Source: Candidatus Multivorans sp. (GTDB lineage: Bacteria; Acidobacteriota; Thermoanaerobaculia; Multivoradales; Multivoraceae). From it: a stretch of DNA of 64,000 nucleotides. The notes below the pieces were generated by a model, which saw only the letters and a list, made by a program, of their open reading frames with translations, made no database searches and had not been told where the DNA came from. The stretch is taken from the NCBI GenBank assembly GCA_965247095.1, contig OZ251997.1, forward strand, positions 3,808,001 to 3,872,000, in the 5' to 3' direction. Of this stretch, positions 9,361 to 23,586 are shown piece after piece. Each line of letters opens with the position of its first letter. The first letter of the stretch is position 1. The translations under genes were made by a program, and so were the position numbers.

Positions 9361-12300
9361 GTGCGGGTAGCGTCAACTCGGATCGGCCCGTGTCCGGTGG
9401 CGGTGTGCCTGCTCATCGCGTTCCAGTCGGTCTCCACGGCCGCCGTCCGCGCGGACGATCTGTTTCTTCCGGCCGGCCCGTCGAGCGAGCAGACGAACGG
9501 CGCCCGTGCGGCGGCTTCCACCTCGGCGACGCCCGAGCTCCTGGGCGCGACGCTTCGCCGCCGGCTCGCGCGGATCGACCGGCGCCTGCTCGACGAGGCG
9601 CGCGCGACTGCCGCACGGGGCGGGAACGCCGAGGGTCTGATCGACCTGAACCTGTTCGACGACGCATCCTTCGCGGCCGTCGGTCTCAGCGCCGCGCCGA
9701 CGTCGTCCGGATACTCCGTGTCCGGGCAGCTCGACGGTGTGCCTTTCGGCATGGTCACCCTGGTGGTCAACGGGGACGTCATCGTCGGCACGGTGCGGGC
9801 TCTCGGGGAGACCTACACGATCCGTTCGGCCGGCGGCGGCGACATCGAGATACGGCAGACCGATGAAGGGGCGTTGCCTGAATGCGCCGGACCGCGGACG
9901 GCGCCGCCGGTCGAGGCCGTCGCGCCTGAGGCCGGCGCGCCTGGGACCGACGTGGCGGAGGCCTCGGTCAGCATCGGAACCACCAGCGATCCTTCGCAGA
10001 TCGACGTCCTGGTCGTCTACACCACGGCGGCGAAGGATGCGGCCGGTGGAGAAGACGCGATCGAAGCGACGATCGATCTCTGGTTCGCCGAAGCGAGCGG
10101 TTACTTCACGGCCAGCGGCGTCGACCTGCATATCCACCTGGCGCACATGGAGGAACTGGACTACATGGAGACCAGGTCGTCCTACGAATTGACCCCCCTT
10201 CGTCTCACGGAGGACGGCATCATGGACCGCGTGCACGCGATGCGCGATGCCGTCGGCGCGGATGTGGTCCATCTGGTCGAGCGGTGGGGAAGCTCAGGTC
10301 GCTTCAGGTACTGCGGGCTTGCCTACCTCCTGGAGGACGTCGACACTTCTTTCGCGCGCTATGCGTTCGGCGTCACCGTGCTCAGTTGCGGCAGCTCGGT
10401 GTTCGCGCACGAGCTCGGTCACAACATGGGTCTCAACCACGACCGCTACGCCCATGACGTGGCCCTCGACTCCGGCCTGACCAACAAGCCGACCAACTAC
10501 GCCTACGGCTATGTCAATCAGGCGGGGCTCGAATCGGGTTCTGCGGCAACGAGGCGGTGGCGGACGATCATGGCCTACGGCACGCAGTGCTCTCACGCGG
10601 GAGTTTCGGGCTGTTCGCGCGTGGGCCGGTTCTCGAATCCGGGCCAGACCCGTTCCGGCGATCCGCTCGGCGTCTGGAGCAATGGGAATGCAAGTGCCGT
10701 CACCGGCCCGGCCGACGCCAGCTTGACCCTCAACGGCACCCGCGCGACGGTGGCGGCGTTCCGCTCGCCCGGCACGAATCCCGCGGTTGTGTCGTTGAGG
10801 CGCCGGCAACCGGCGGAGGAGAAGACGAACGGCAGCACCCTTGGCTGGCGGCTGGCGTTCAATCGCGACGTGAAGAACGTGACGAGTGGGGACTTCGAAC
10901 TCGCGGGTTCGGGTCTCAGGACCACGACCCTGACGGTAACGGCGAAGACCGGTAGCCAGCAGATCTACGACATCGATGTAACGGCGGGGTTGAGCGCCTT
11001 CAACGGGGAAGTGACGCTCGGTTTCGCGGCTGGGCAGAACATCCTGGATCTATCGAACAGGGCGCTGGACACGACCTGGCCCGCTGCCGCGGAACGGACC
11101 TACACGCTGGATCATGCCGCACCTTCGCCTGCGATCGCTCCCTCGAGCGCGAGCAGTTCACCGTTTGTGGCGACGATCCGCTTCGCGGAGGACGTGGAGG
11201 ACTTTGCCGTGCCGGCGACGTGACCGCGACGAACGCCACCGTAGCTGCCCCGTCGCGGTCCGACCCGCGCACCTACACCGTGCAGGTCACGCCCACCACC
11301 ACCGGTGCTTCGACAGTCACTCTGACCGTCCCCGCGGACGCCGCGAAGGACATCGTGGGCAACCAGAGCGTCGCCGCTTCCCAGGCCGTTGCCTACGACC
11401 CCGCGACCACTGTGTCGCTGGCGGTCGCCGGACTGTCGAACGGGTCGATCGCGGAGAACGCGACGTGGACGTCTGCCACGCCTTCGGTCACTGGAAGCCC
11501 GGTGGGAACGGTGTCGTGGACCAAGGAAGGGACCGACGCCGGCCACTTCGAGATCGCTGGGGCGACGGGCGTTCTCACTCTTCCGGGACGGGACTTCGAA
11601 GAGCAGGCCGACGCGAACGGCGACAACGAGTACGAGGTGACGGTGAGGACAACCGACGCCAACGGCAACTCGGCCACGGCGCAGGTCACGGTGACCGTGA
11701 CCGATGCGGTGGAGGCGAGGGACCTTCGCGTCTCCCACGCGTTCAGCCGCAAGGTTCCGGAAACCCGGAGTTACTCCGAGAGACCGTCGCTGAGGCCGAA
11801 TGTCGTCTGCCCCGATGTTTGCAAGGTCGACGAGGGTCCGGTCGGCGCGGTGACTTGGTCCAAGACGGGCGCCGACGCCGCCCTATTCGACCTCGACACG
11901 AGTTCGGGCGACTTGTCGCTCGAGGCGAAGGACTTCGAGAACCCGGTGGACACGAACACCGACAACGACTACGAGGTGACCGTGTCGGCCACCGATTCTG
12001 ACGGCAACAGCGCCAGCAAGGACGTGACGGCGAGGGTGACCAAGGGACCTCCCCGCTGGCTCTCCATCTCGGGCCTTTCGTCCGAGATCGTAGAGGAGAA
12101 CAGCGCCTGGACCTCCGGAACGCCGCCGGCCGCGGGCGCCGACGGCAGCGTGGTCTGGACGAAGGAAGGGTCGGACGCGGCTCGGTTCTCGATCGGATCG
12201 GGGACCGGCGTGTTGACGCTAGCGGCTCAGGACCGCGCGAACCCCATTGACGCAGACCAGGACAACGCCTACGAGGTGACCGTGCGAGCCACCGACGGGG

Positions 12301-13079
12301 TAGGCAACTCCGGCGCCGTTGGGATCACGGTGACCGTTACCGACCTTCCGCCGCCGCCGCCGCCACCACCTCCGCCACCTCCGCCACCACCTCCGCCACC
12401 ACCTCCACCGCCACCGCCACCAGACGACGATGACGACGACTCCGTTCCTCCGGTGGCGGCGTTCGCGGTGGAGGGAGCGACCTGCGACGCCGACCTGTGC
12501 CGGGCAGTCACCGGGGAGGCGGTGGGGTTTGTGGACACGAGTTCCGGGATCGTGCGCTCGCGGCGCTGGGAGTTCGGCGACGGGAAGATGTCTCGGTCTC
12601 GCAGGCCGGAGTACGCCTGGTCGTCGCCTGGCTTCTACGAGGTCACGCTGTGGGTGAGCGACGGGGTGACCGAGTCGACGGCGTCGCAGGTGTTCCTGGT
12701 CGAGGCTGCGGCGCCTCTGGGTTCCTGCGTGGCGGACGCGGAGACGCTCTGCCTTCAGGATTCCCGTTATGCCGTGGCCGTTGAGTGGCGCAAGGCGGAC
12801 GGCGAGAGCGGCGCCGGCAGCGTGGTCCACTCAGGAACGAACGACTCGGGTCTGTTCCGGTTCTTCGACCGAGACAACTGGGAGATTCTGATCAAGGTGC
12901 TCGACGGCTGCGCGCTGAACGGCCACGTGTGGGTCTTCGGAGCGTCGACGACGGACCTGGGGTACCGGATCGAGGTGACCGACACGGTGACCGGAGTAGT
13001 GCGGGAGTACCAGAACGAGCCCGCCAGGGCCGCGCAGGCGATCACCGACGCTACGGCGTTCCAAGCGTGCGCCCGCTGA
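9361..13079 (+). pseudogene. Secreted reprolysin-like (M12) metallopeptidase/adhesin with Ig-like, cadherin-like, poly-Pro, PKD and Cys-bracketed C-terminal domains, split by a frameshift near 11210
   Basis: Signal peptide, HELGHNMGLNHD plus Met-turn TIMAY; the Ig-like repeat FAEDVEDFA continues as AGDVTATNAT in the frame of ORF 11220-13079; DFE..D..N.YEVTV cadherin-type motifs. Confidence 0.75.
12348..12422 (+). repeat. CCN tract encoding 25 consecutive prolines
   Basis: Mixed CCG/CCA/CCT run of 75 nt, followed by D6. Confidence 0.95.
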
Positions 13080-13189
13080 CGGCGCACGCATGGTTCACGG
13101 CTGGTGCGCGAAGCGCGCCAGCCGGGTTCCCCGGCGGCTGCGAGCCGTAGCGGTCTTCGCCCCGCACCTCGTGCGCCCGCTGACGGCGC
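13066..13189. repeat. Palindromic repeat family C copy with a duplicated 20-bp unit
   Basis: CGTGCGCCCGCTGACGGCGC at 13066-13085 and 13170-13189; 13066-13134 aligns to the reverse complement of 55201-55270. Confidence 0.75.
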
Positions 13190-13210
13190 TGACTGGTAAG
13201 CTGCGCCGCC

Positions 13211-14332
13211 GTGGGCGCCTTGGACGGACTTCGGGTTCTCGACCTGTCGCGGCTTGCCCCCGGGCCGTACTGCTCGATGCTGCTCGCCGACATGGGGGCG
13301 GACGTGTTGCGGGTCGACAACGCGGTCGGCGGACCGGTCCGATCCGGCGACATGCTGTCGCGGAACAAGCGCAGCATCGCGCTCAACCTGAAGACGGCGG
13401 ACGGCCAGCGCATCCTCCACGAACTGGCCGCGGAGGCGGATGTCTTCCTGGAGGGCAACCGGCCCGGCGTCTGCGCCCGGTTGGGTTGCGACTACGCGAG
13501 TCTTTCGGCGATCAATCCCCGTCTCGTCTACTGCTCGCTTACCGGCTACGGTCAGAGCGGGCCGATGGCGCAGGCCGCCGGGCACGACGTGAACTACATC
13601 GCACTCGCCGGCGTTCTGTCGCAGATCGGCAACGGCCGGGAACCGCCCCTGCCTCCCCTCAACCTGGTCGCCGACTTCGGCGGCGGCGGGCTGATGGCGG
13701 CCTTCGGCATCCTCTGCGCCCTGTTCGAGCGGGAGCGATCCGGCCGCGGCCAGTACATCGACGCCGCGATGATCGACGGAGCGGCTTCCCTGATGGCCGT
13801 GCACTTCGCGCAGAAGGGCGCCCGCTCGACGCCGGGCACAGGGCTCCTCGGCGGGGGTGCGGCCTTCTACCGCTGCTATGAGTGCAAGTGCGGCGGCTAC
13901 GTCTCTGTCGGCGCGATCGAACCGCAGTTCTTCGCCGCGCTGTGCGAAGGAACCGGCGTCGATGTCGCTGACGAGCAGATGGACACCGACCGCTGGCCGG
14001 CGCACATCGATGCGTTCCGGCGCGCCTTCCTGACCCGGACCCGCGACGAATGGGCCGGGGTGTTCAGCGAGCTCGACGCCTGTGTGTCGCCGGTGCTCGA
14101 CCTCGACGAGGCGCCGCGCCATGCGCACAACATGCAGCGGGGAACCTTCCCGATCGGTCCGGACGGAGAGATTCACATAGCGCCCGCACCGCGCCTGGAC
14201 AGGACGCCCGGCGACCTCCGCCGGCGCGAACCGCGGATGGGCGAACACACCGGAGAGGTCCTTCAGGGTCTCGGTTACAGCGCCGGGGAGATCGAAGGAC
14301 TCCAACAGAACGGAGCGATCCTGAGAACATGA
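13211..14332 (+). CDS. CaiB/BaiF family protein, alpha-methylacyl-CoA racemase-like
   Basis: LADMGADVLRV, RNKRSIALNLK, GHDVNY and NLVADFGGG. Confidence 0.85.
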   Translation: MGALDGLRVLDLSRLAPGPYCSMLLADMGADVLRVDNAVGGPVRSGDMLSRNKRSIALNLKTADGQRILHELAAEADVFLEGNRPGVCARLGCDYASLSAINPRLVYCSLTGYGQSGPMAQAAGHDVNYIALAGVLSQIGNGREPPLPPLNLVADFGGGGLMAAFGILCALFERERSGRGQYIDAAMIDGAASLMAVHFAQKGARSTPGTGLLGGGAAFYRCYECKCGGYVSVGAIEPQFFAALCEGTGVDVADEQMDTDRWPAHIDAFRRAFLTRTRDEWAGVFSELDACVSPVLDLDEAPRHAHNMQRGTFPIGPDGEIHIAPAPRLDRTPGDLRRREPRMGEHTGEVLQGLGYSAGEIEGLQQNGAILRT

Positions 14333-14850
14333 ACGAACCACGTACCCACGATGGTCCACCTGCCGACGGCGCGGGCAGAGTCTTCGAGGACTTCGAGGTC
14401 GGCCAGGTCTTCCGTCACGCCCTGGGGCGGACGGTCACGGAGGGCGACAACGTCTGGTTGACGATGATCACCCTGAACCCGAACCCGATCCACTTCGATC
14501 GCGAGTACGCGGGTCAGACGGAGTGGGGGCAGCCCCTGGTCAACTCCTGCTTCACCCTCTCCTTGGTCACCGCGCTGACCGTCGCCGACCTGTCCCAGAA
14601 CGCGGTGAACCTGGGTTGGGACCGGGTCCGTCTGCCGCACCCGGTGTTTGAAGGCGACACGCTGTATGCCCAGAGCGAGGTGCTCTCCGTTCGCGAGTCG
14701 AAGTCGCGCCCGCACCAGGGCATCGTGGGCTTCCGCACGATCGGCTACAACCAGACCGGCCGGCCGGTGATCACGTTCGACCGCACGATTCTCGTGTACC
14801 GCCGCGGCCACATGCCGGCGAAGCCGGTCCGCCCGGCGCTGCGCGCGTAG
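14329..14850 (+). CDS. MaoC-family (R)-specific enoyl-CoA hydratase
   Basis: FEDFEVG, GDN..NPNPIHFD, PVFEGDTL; ATGA coupling to the upstream gene. Confidence 0.88.
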   Translation: MNEPRTHDGPPADGAGRVFEDFEVGQVFRHALGRTVTEGDNVWLTMITLNPNPIHFDREYAGQTEWGQPLVNSCFTLSLVTALTVADLSQNAVNLGWDRVRLPHPVFEGDTLYAQSEVLSVRESKSRPHQGIVGFRTIGYNQTGRPVITFDRTILVYRRGHMPAKPVRPALRA

Positions 14851-14874
14851 CCGGGACTGCGGCCCGCCCCGGCG

Positions 14875-16140
<1,266 letters not shown>

Positions 16141-16264
16141 CGCTGCTGTCTACCCCTTGACCCTTCCCGGTATTCGATTCACTTGGCGCGCGTCGGGGGC
16201 GGAGTGTAGCAGCCCGGAGCCGCCGGTTTGCGGTCGCGCGATCGGGGTGTTGACGAAGGTTGGG

Positions 16265-17122
16265 TCAGAACCTGAACCGGAGATCCACGGCGGTTTGAAG
16301 GCCGCCACCGCCGATTGCCACCGTCCCGCCGCTCGGGGCGTCGAGATCGATCGAGGCGTCGCTGAAGCGAACGACTCCGCCCAATCCGGTGCTCTTGCTG
16401 AAGTAGTAGGCGACGTCGATGCCGAGGTGGTACCCGATGGCGCTGCCTGATGCTTTCCGGTGTTCGACGCCGGCGTAGTTCGCCGTGTCGAAGGGGTAGG
16501 TCTGATCGAAGCGAACGGCGGTCGCCAGGTCATAGTCGACGTCGATCTGGGAAGGACCGGCGAACAGGGCGACCTGGACCTTCTCGCCGTCCCGAACGAG
16601 CCACTTCAACGAAAGGTGAATGGCCGTCTCATCGCGTGAGAGGCCACGGCTCCTGCCTTCGACAGTGCGCGGACTTCCGAACAGGAAGGGGTGTGGCAAC
16701 CGACCCACGATGTCCGCCTGGTCGGAGAGCGAGGACTGGGACCAGGTGAGCCCGAGCGCCAGTGGACCGCGCAGGCGGAGGCCAAGGGATGCCTCGTAGA
16801 GAGAGGCGTCGCCGCCCACGTAGTCGGCGTCGAACTCACCCTGCTCGGAACCGAACAGCCTGTGGTCGAAGGTGAAGGTCCCGGACGGAGCGTCGTTGGT
16901 CGACAGCAGGCCGCCGCCCAGGGTGACGGACCAGCGGTCCCGGGCCGCTTCGCCATTCTCGGACTCGGTGGAAGCGACCGTATCCTCCTGCGGCGCGTCG
17001 GCTTGCGCGGCAAGGGGCGCCGTCGACCAGGTCAGGAGCAGGAGGGCCAGACCCATCGAGAGCCGCAGCCGACGGCTGTTCCTTGTTGGCGTCTTCAGAT
17101 TCATTGCCTGGTTCTTCCTCAT
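16265..17122 (-). CDS. Outer-membrane beta-barrel protein
   Basis: Signal peptide, alternating amphipathic strands, C-terminal LRFRF (BAM signal). Confidence 0.75.
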   Translation of the reverse strand: MRKNQAMNLKTPTRNSRRLRLSMGLALLLLTWSTAPLAAQADAPQEDTVASTESENGEAARDRWSVTLGGGLLSTNDAPSGTFTFDHRLFGSEQGEFDADYVGGDASLYEASLGLRLRGPLALGLTWSQSSLSDQADIVGRLPHPFLFGSPRTVEGRSRGLSRDETAIHLSLKWLVRDGEKVQVALFAGPSQIDVDYDLATAVRFDQTYPFDTANYAGVEHRKASGSAIGYHLGIDVAYYFSKSTGLGGVVRFSDASIDLDAPSGGTVAIGGGGLQTAVDLRFRF

Positions 17123-17126
17123 CGGT

Positions 17127-18974
17127 TCAAAGTCCCACTGCCGTCAGCGCCTGATCGATCGCCGTGTGGGCGGAGCTTCCGGCGCCGTGAAGGTCCACGG
17201 CCGCCTGTCGGATGGCGATCGCCATCGTCTGGAAGTTGGCCAGGGGCGACGCCAGGTCGACCAGGGCGCGGAAGAACGCCTGCTCGACCTGAGTCCGGTT
17301 GGCGCCGCCGACCCCCTGGACCGTCCGACCGCTCGAGGCGTGCGTTCCACCCTCGATCGCCAGGTAGAAGGCGTGGCTCAGGATGGTGGAGTTCCAGTGG
17401 ACCCCGGAGTAGCCGTCGATTGCACGGCGGAACCAGCGATTGTCCTTCCTGCCGAAGCGTGTGTAGCGGATCAGGTTCTCGCCCACCAGGGCCACGACGA
17501 AACGGAACTCCTGTCCGACGGCGTCCGGATAGGTGAAGGGACCGACGGTAGCCTCGCGGGGCGTGTCGATCCGACGCACAGGGAATTCCATGTCCTCGCC
17601 GTTGATGTAGTCCGCGCGCAGCAGCCCGTCGCCCGGCGGATGGACCGCGAACTCGACCGCGGTGCCGATCATGTCCGAGTACGCCTCGTTGATCGCACCG
17701 CCATGGGCCATGAACAGAGCGAAGCGGCCGCTGCGAGAGGTGGTGGGGTTCCCGTCCTCGTCGAAGCAGAGATACGGCGCCACGACGTCGCCCGAAAAGT
17801 CGTCCGGGAAAGTGTGGGAGTCGCCGCAGCGAATCACCTCATCCGACACCCTGAAGCTCGATGGTCCCAGGGTGAACAGGTGCTGGCCGATCAAGGGCAG
17901 ACCGGTGCGCGTGGTCAGAGCGGAGTAGGTGACGCCGTGCATGAACTCGTGCGCCACGACGTCCAGGGGAACGAACGGCGTGCCGTCGGGCGTTTCGCCG
18001 AACCCGAGGGCGCCGGCGCCCTGCGGCCCGAACGGCGCCGAGAGGAAGAAGGCGTTGACGAACTCCTCGATGTTGACGATGGAGAAGATGCGACCGTCCT
18101 GGCCGTCCAGTCCCCGCCATCCCTGGCTCTTGAAGAGGTAGTCGTAGGTCAGGCCGATGTGAGCGTGACCGTCGACGACGGCCGGGCTCGACCACTCGTT
18201 GTCGTCGTCCGCCGCGACCGCCTCCTCCCAGGCCGGCGAAGGCACGAGCAACGGGAAGACGTTCAAGAAGTCGCCCTGCGCGTCCAGGGTCACGGTTTCG
18301 GCCGGACGGAGTCGATCCCACGCTTCGTAGCCCTGCCCCGTGTTCCAGGCGCTCAGCTTCTGCGGCGCGCCGGTGATGCCCGAGCCGAAGCCGACCGCGC
18401 TCTCGGCGTACACGTGGTCGAGCCGGTGCACGAGTTCGCCGCTATGGGCGTCGATGAACCAGGTCCGGTGGTCCTGCATCGGCGCGTTCCAGGTGAGCAC
18501 GAGCCTCCCTAGCGCGGTCGGGAGGATGACCAGGCTCGGCGGTTCGGATGTCGCCGGAGCGGTATCTGCAATCTCCGCCATTCGGGCCAGGGCGGCTTCG
18601 GCCCGCATGCCCGGATCGGTGTCGACGTCGACATCGCTGAAGATGGTGCCGAAGACCGATACCGTCGCCCCGTTGGCCCGCTGTCGGGTAAGGCCGGCGC
18701 CATGGACCGGTACACCGCGGTGGACCTGACGGAAATGCTCGTGAAGACGTCCCGGCAACTGGCGGTCCGGCTGCGCCGATACCAGCGCAAGTTCGCCGGT
18801 ACGGGTCTTCTCGGCGATCAGGGAGTCGACACGGACCATGTCCGGAATGTCGGCGGGCGTCGACGTGATGGCGAATACCCGCGTGTCGGAAGCGGGTGCC
18901 GGCTGTGCCTGCAGCGTGCTGCCGGCCAGGAGCAAACCCATCGATAACGCGACGAACGTGCGGACTCGTACCAC
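17127..18974 (-). CDS. M4 (thermolysin) family metalloprotease with propeptide
   Basis: Signal peptide, FRQVHRGVPV propeptide, VNAFF, HEFMH, GAINEAYSD, GVHWNS. Confidence 0.9.
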   Translation of the reverse strand: MVRVRTFVALSMGLLLAGSTLQAQPAPASDTRVFAITSTPADIPDMVRVDSLIAEKTRTGELALVSAQPDRQLPGRLHEHFRQVHRGVPVHGAGLTRQRANGATVSVFGTIFSDVDVDTDPGMRAEAALARMAEIADTAPATSEPPSLVILPTALGRLVLTWNAPMQDHRTWFIDAHSGELVHRLDHVYAESAVGFGSGITGAPQKLSAWNTGQGYEAWDRLRPAETVTLDAQGDFLNVFPLLVPSPAWEEAVAADDDNEWSSPAVVDGHAHIGLTYDYLFKSQGWRGLDGQDGRIFSIVNIEEFVNAFFLSAPFGPQGAGALGFGETPDGTPFVPLDVVAHEFMHGVTYSALTTRTGLPLIGQHLFTLGPSSFRVSDEVIRCGDSHTFPDDFSGDVVAPYLCFDEDGNPTTSRSGRFALFMAHGGAINEAYSDMIGTAVEFAVHPPGDGLLRADYINGEDMEFPVRRIDTPREATVGPFTYPDAVGQEFRFVVALVGENLIRYTRFGRKDNRWFRRAIDGYSGVHWNSTILSHAFYLAIEGGTHASSGRTVQGVGGANRTQVEQAFFRALVDLASPLANFQTMAIAIRQAAVDLHGAGSSAHTAIDQALTAVGL

Positions 18975-19123
18975 TAGCTACCCCCCCTATTTGGTAGTGT
19001 GCCGACGGCGCAAGCGGCGGGTCCTATGGGACAGCTCCTGCGCTGATCGGGACAGGCCAGAGTTGCGCGATCCCTCCATGGTGTGGCGGAACGTCAACTC
19101 CCTGTGTCGGGCCTACCGACATT

Positions 19124-19808
19124 CTACACGCCACGCTTCTCGGCGCCCCACAGCGTCTTGTGAAGCTGCATTGAGACCCGTGCCGGAAGTCGGTCTTCGA
19201 GCACCCAGGAGGCGAGTTCGGCAGGTTCCAGGGCATCCCAGACCGGCGACAGGTGGACGGTGCAGCGGCAGTCGATTCGGTGCTCAAGGATCACGTCCCG
19301 AGCCCACTCGTAGTCGCCGCGGTCCGCGAGCACGAGCTTCACCTCGTCGGTCGAACGGAGCTCGTCGATGTTCGGCCAGTGGTTGTTCGCGGCCTCGCCG
19401 CTTGCCGGGCATTTCAGGTCGACGATCCGCCTCACCCGCGAATCCACGCCTGAGATGTCGAGTCCGCCGCCGGTCTCGAGCAGAACTACCAGTCCCCGGT
19501 CGCAGAGTCCGCTCATCAGGGGATGAACGCCGGGTTGGAGCAGGGGTTCGCCGCCGGTGACTTCCGCCAGCGGGCAGTCGTAGGTCAGCACCTCCGCGAT
19601 GATGTTCTCGACGCGCATCCACGCGCCTTCGTAGAAGCTGTACTCCGTGTCGCACCAACTGCATCGCATCTGACAGCCGGTCAGGCGCACGAGGACGCAG
19701 GGGCGGCCCGCGAAGGTCGATTCGCCCTGAAGCGAGTAGAAGATCTCGTTGATCTTGAGCCGCTCGCGCTCAGGCAGCGCGGCGACCGGGTCGACCTGGT
19801 GGAGTCGA

Positions 19809-19825
<17 letters not shown>
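19124..19825 (-). CDS. queE: 7-carboxy-7-deazaguanine synthase-like radical SAM protein
   Basis: EIFYSLQGE, RLTGCQMRCSWCDT, TGGEPL, QLHK. Confidence 0.88.
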
Positions 19826-22547
<2,722 letters not shown>

Positions 22548-22685
22548 GTGCCTGTTTCCGTAGTTTCCGGCGCGGCGCCGGGGCGTTTGATGTGCAGTCG
22601 AGGTCGCGGGCCGGCTTCGACCCGGTTGGCGACAAGCGCCCCGAAACGCCTCGCCAGCTCGGAGTTTCGGCCCATCCCGTTCTCA

Positions 22686-22740
22686 CTAGAGCTTGCGCCG
22701 CGGAACTTGGCTTCGCTACGTTCCGCGGCGCAAGCTCTAG
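22686..22740. repeat. Palindromic repeat family A: perfect 21-bp inverted repeat bounded by CTAG
   Basis: CTAGAGCTTGCGCCGCGGAAC-N13-GTTCCGCGGCGCAAGCTCTAG between divergent acnA and yqgE. Confidence 0.9.
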
Positions 22741-22825
22741 ACTACCCAAAGCGCCGCCGGCGTCAGCGCCTGCGGTCCCGCGCGCGGCCCCCCGTCGACC
22801 CCGCACCGGCGTGTAGAGTCCCGCC

Positions 22826-23416
22826 ATGTCCGGGCTGGATGACCTCGAGACGCCGAGTCTGCTGATCGCCATGCCCCAGGTTCTGGATCCGTTCTTCTTT
22901 CGGGCGGTCGTCCTGCTGGCGGCGCACGAGGAGGGCGGCGAGGGAGGAAGTCTCGGCTTCATCGTCAATCGTCCGAGTCAACTCAAGGTCGACGAAGTGT
23001 TGCGGGAACTCGATATCGAGTGGCTGGGCGGCTCGGAGGCGACGGCCTTCGTCGGTGGCCCGGTGCAGCCGGAGGTGGGTACGGTGCTGCTGTCTCTGGA
23101 CGGCTTGACCGGCCTGGAAGCGGACGGGATCACCCAGATCGCGCCGGGCGTGGGCGCGACGCAGAACATCCTCGCACTGCGGACGCTGGCGCGCCGCGCT
23201 CCGGACCGCATGCGGCTTCTGCTCGGTCACGCCGGTTGGGCGCCGGGCCAGTTGATGCAGGAGGTCAGTCGCAGCGACTGGTTGACGGCGCCGGTGGAGG
23301 AGGCGATCGTGTTCTCGCCCGATCCGGTCGACGCCTGGTCGACCGCGCTCGCCACCCTGGGGATCGATCCGGGGGCTCTGCCGAGCTGGACCGCCGGCGA
23401 CGGCGCCTCCAACTAG
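22826..23416 (+). CDS. yqgE: YqgE/AlgH family protein
   Basis: LLIAMP..DPFF, GFIVNRP, GGPV, GHAGWAPGQL. Confidence 0.9.
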   Translation: MSGLDDLETPSLLIAMPQVLDPFFFRAVVLLAAHEEGGEGGSLGFIVNRPSQLKVDEVLRELDIEWLGGSEATAFVGGPVQPEVGTVLLSLDGLTGLEADGITQIAPGVGATQNILALRTLARRAPDRMRLLLGHAGWAPGQLMQEVSRSDWLTAPVEEAIVFSPDPVDAWSTALATLGIDPGALPSWTAGDGASN

Positions 23417-23486
23417 CGGCTGCTAGGAGTCGAGTCGCGGCGTCCGCGCCGCGCTGACGCACAGGAAACAGGGCTTGTTCCATACA

Positions 23487-23586
23487 AGCTTGCCCGGCAG
23501 AACGATCTGACCTGGGAACGCGGGCATCCTGCCCGCATCCGGCGCGAAGCGCCGGCCTCCGGGAGTTCTGCCGGGCAAGCTCCTAG
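23487..23586. repeat. Family A inverted repeat enclosing a family B REP-like unit
   Basis: 17-bp arms AGCTTGCCCGGCAGAAC / GTTCTGCCGGGCAAGCT around CCTGGGAACGCGGGCATCCTGCCCGCATCCGGCGCGAAGCGCCGG (23511-23555). Confidence 0.85.

Noticed and set aside
22686-22740. Iron-responsive-element-like hairpin regulating acnA
   Set aside because: No CAGUG loop, and related copies occur at unrelated loci, so it is a dispersed repeat
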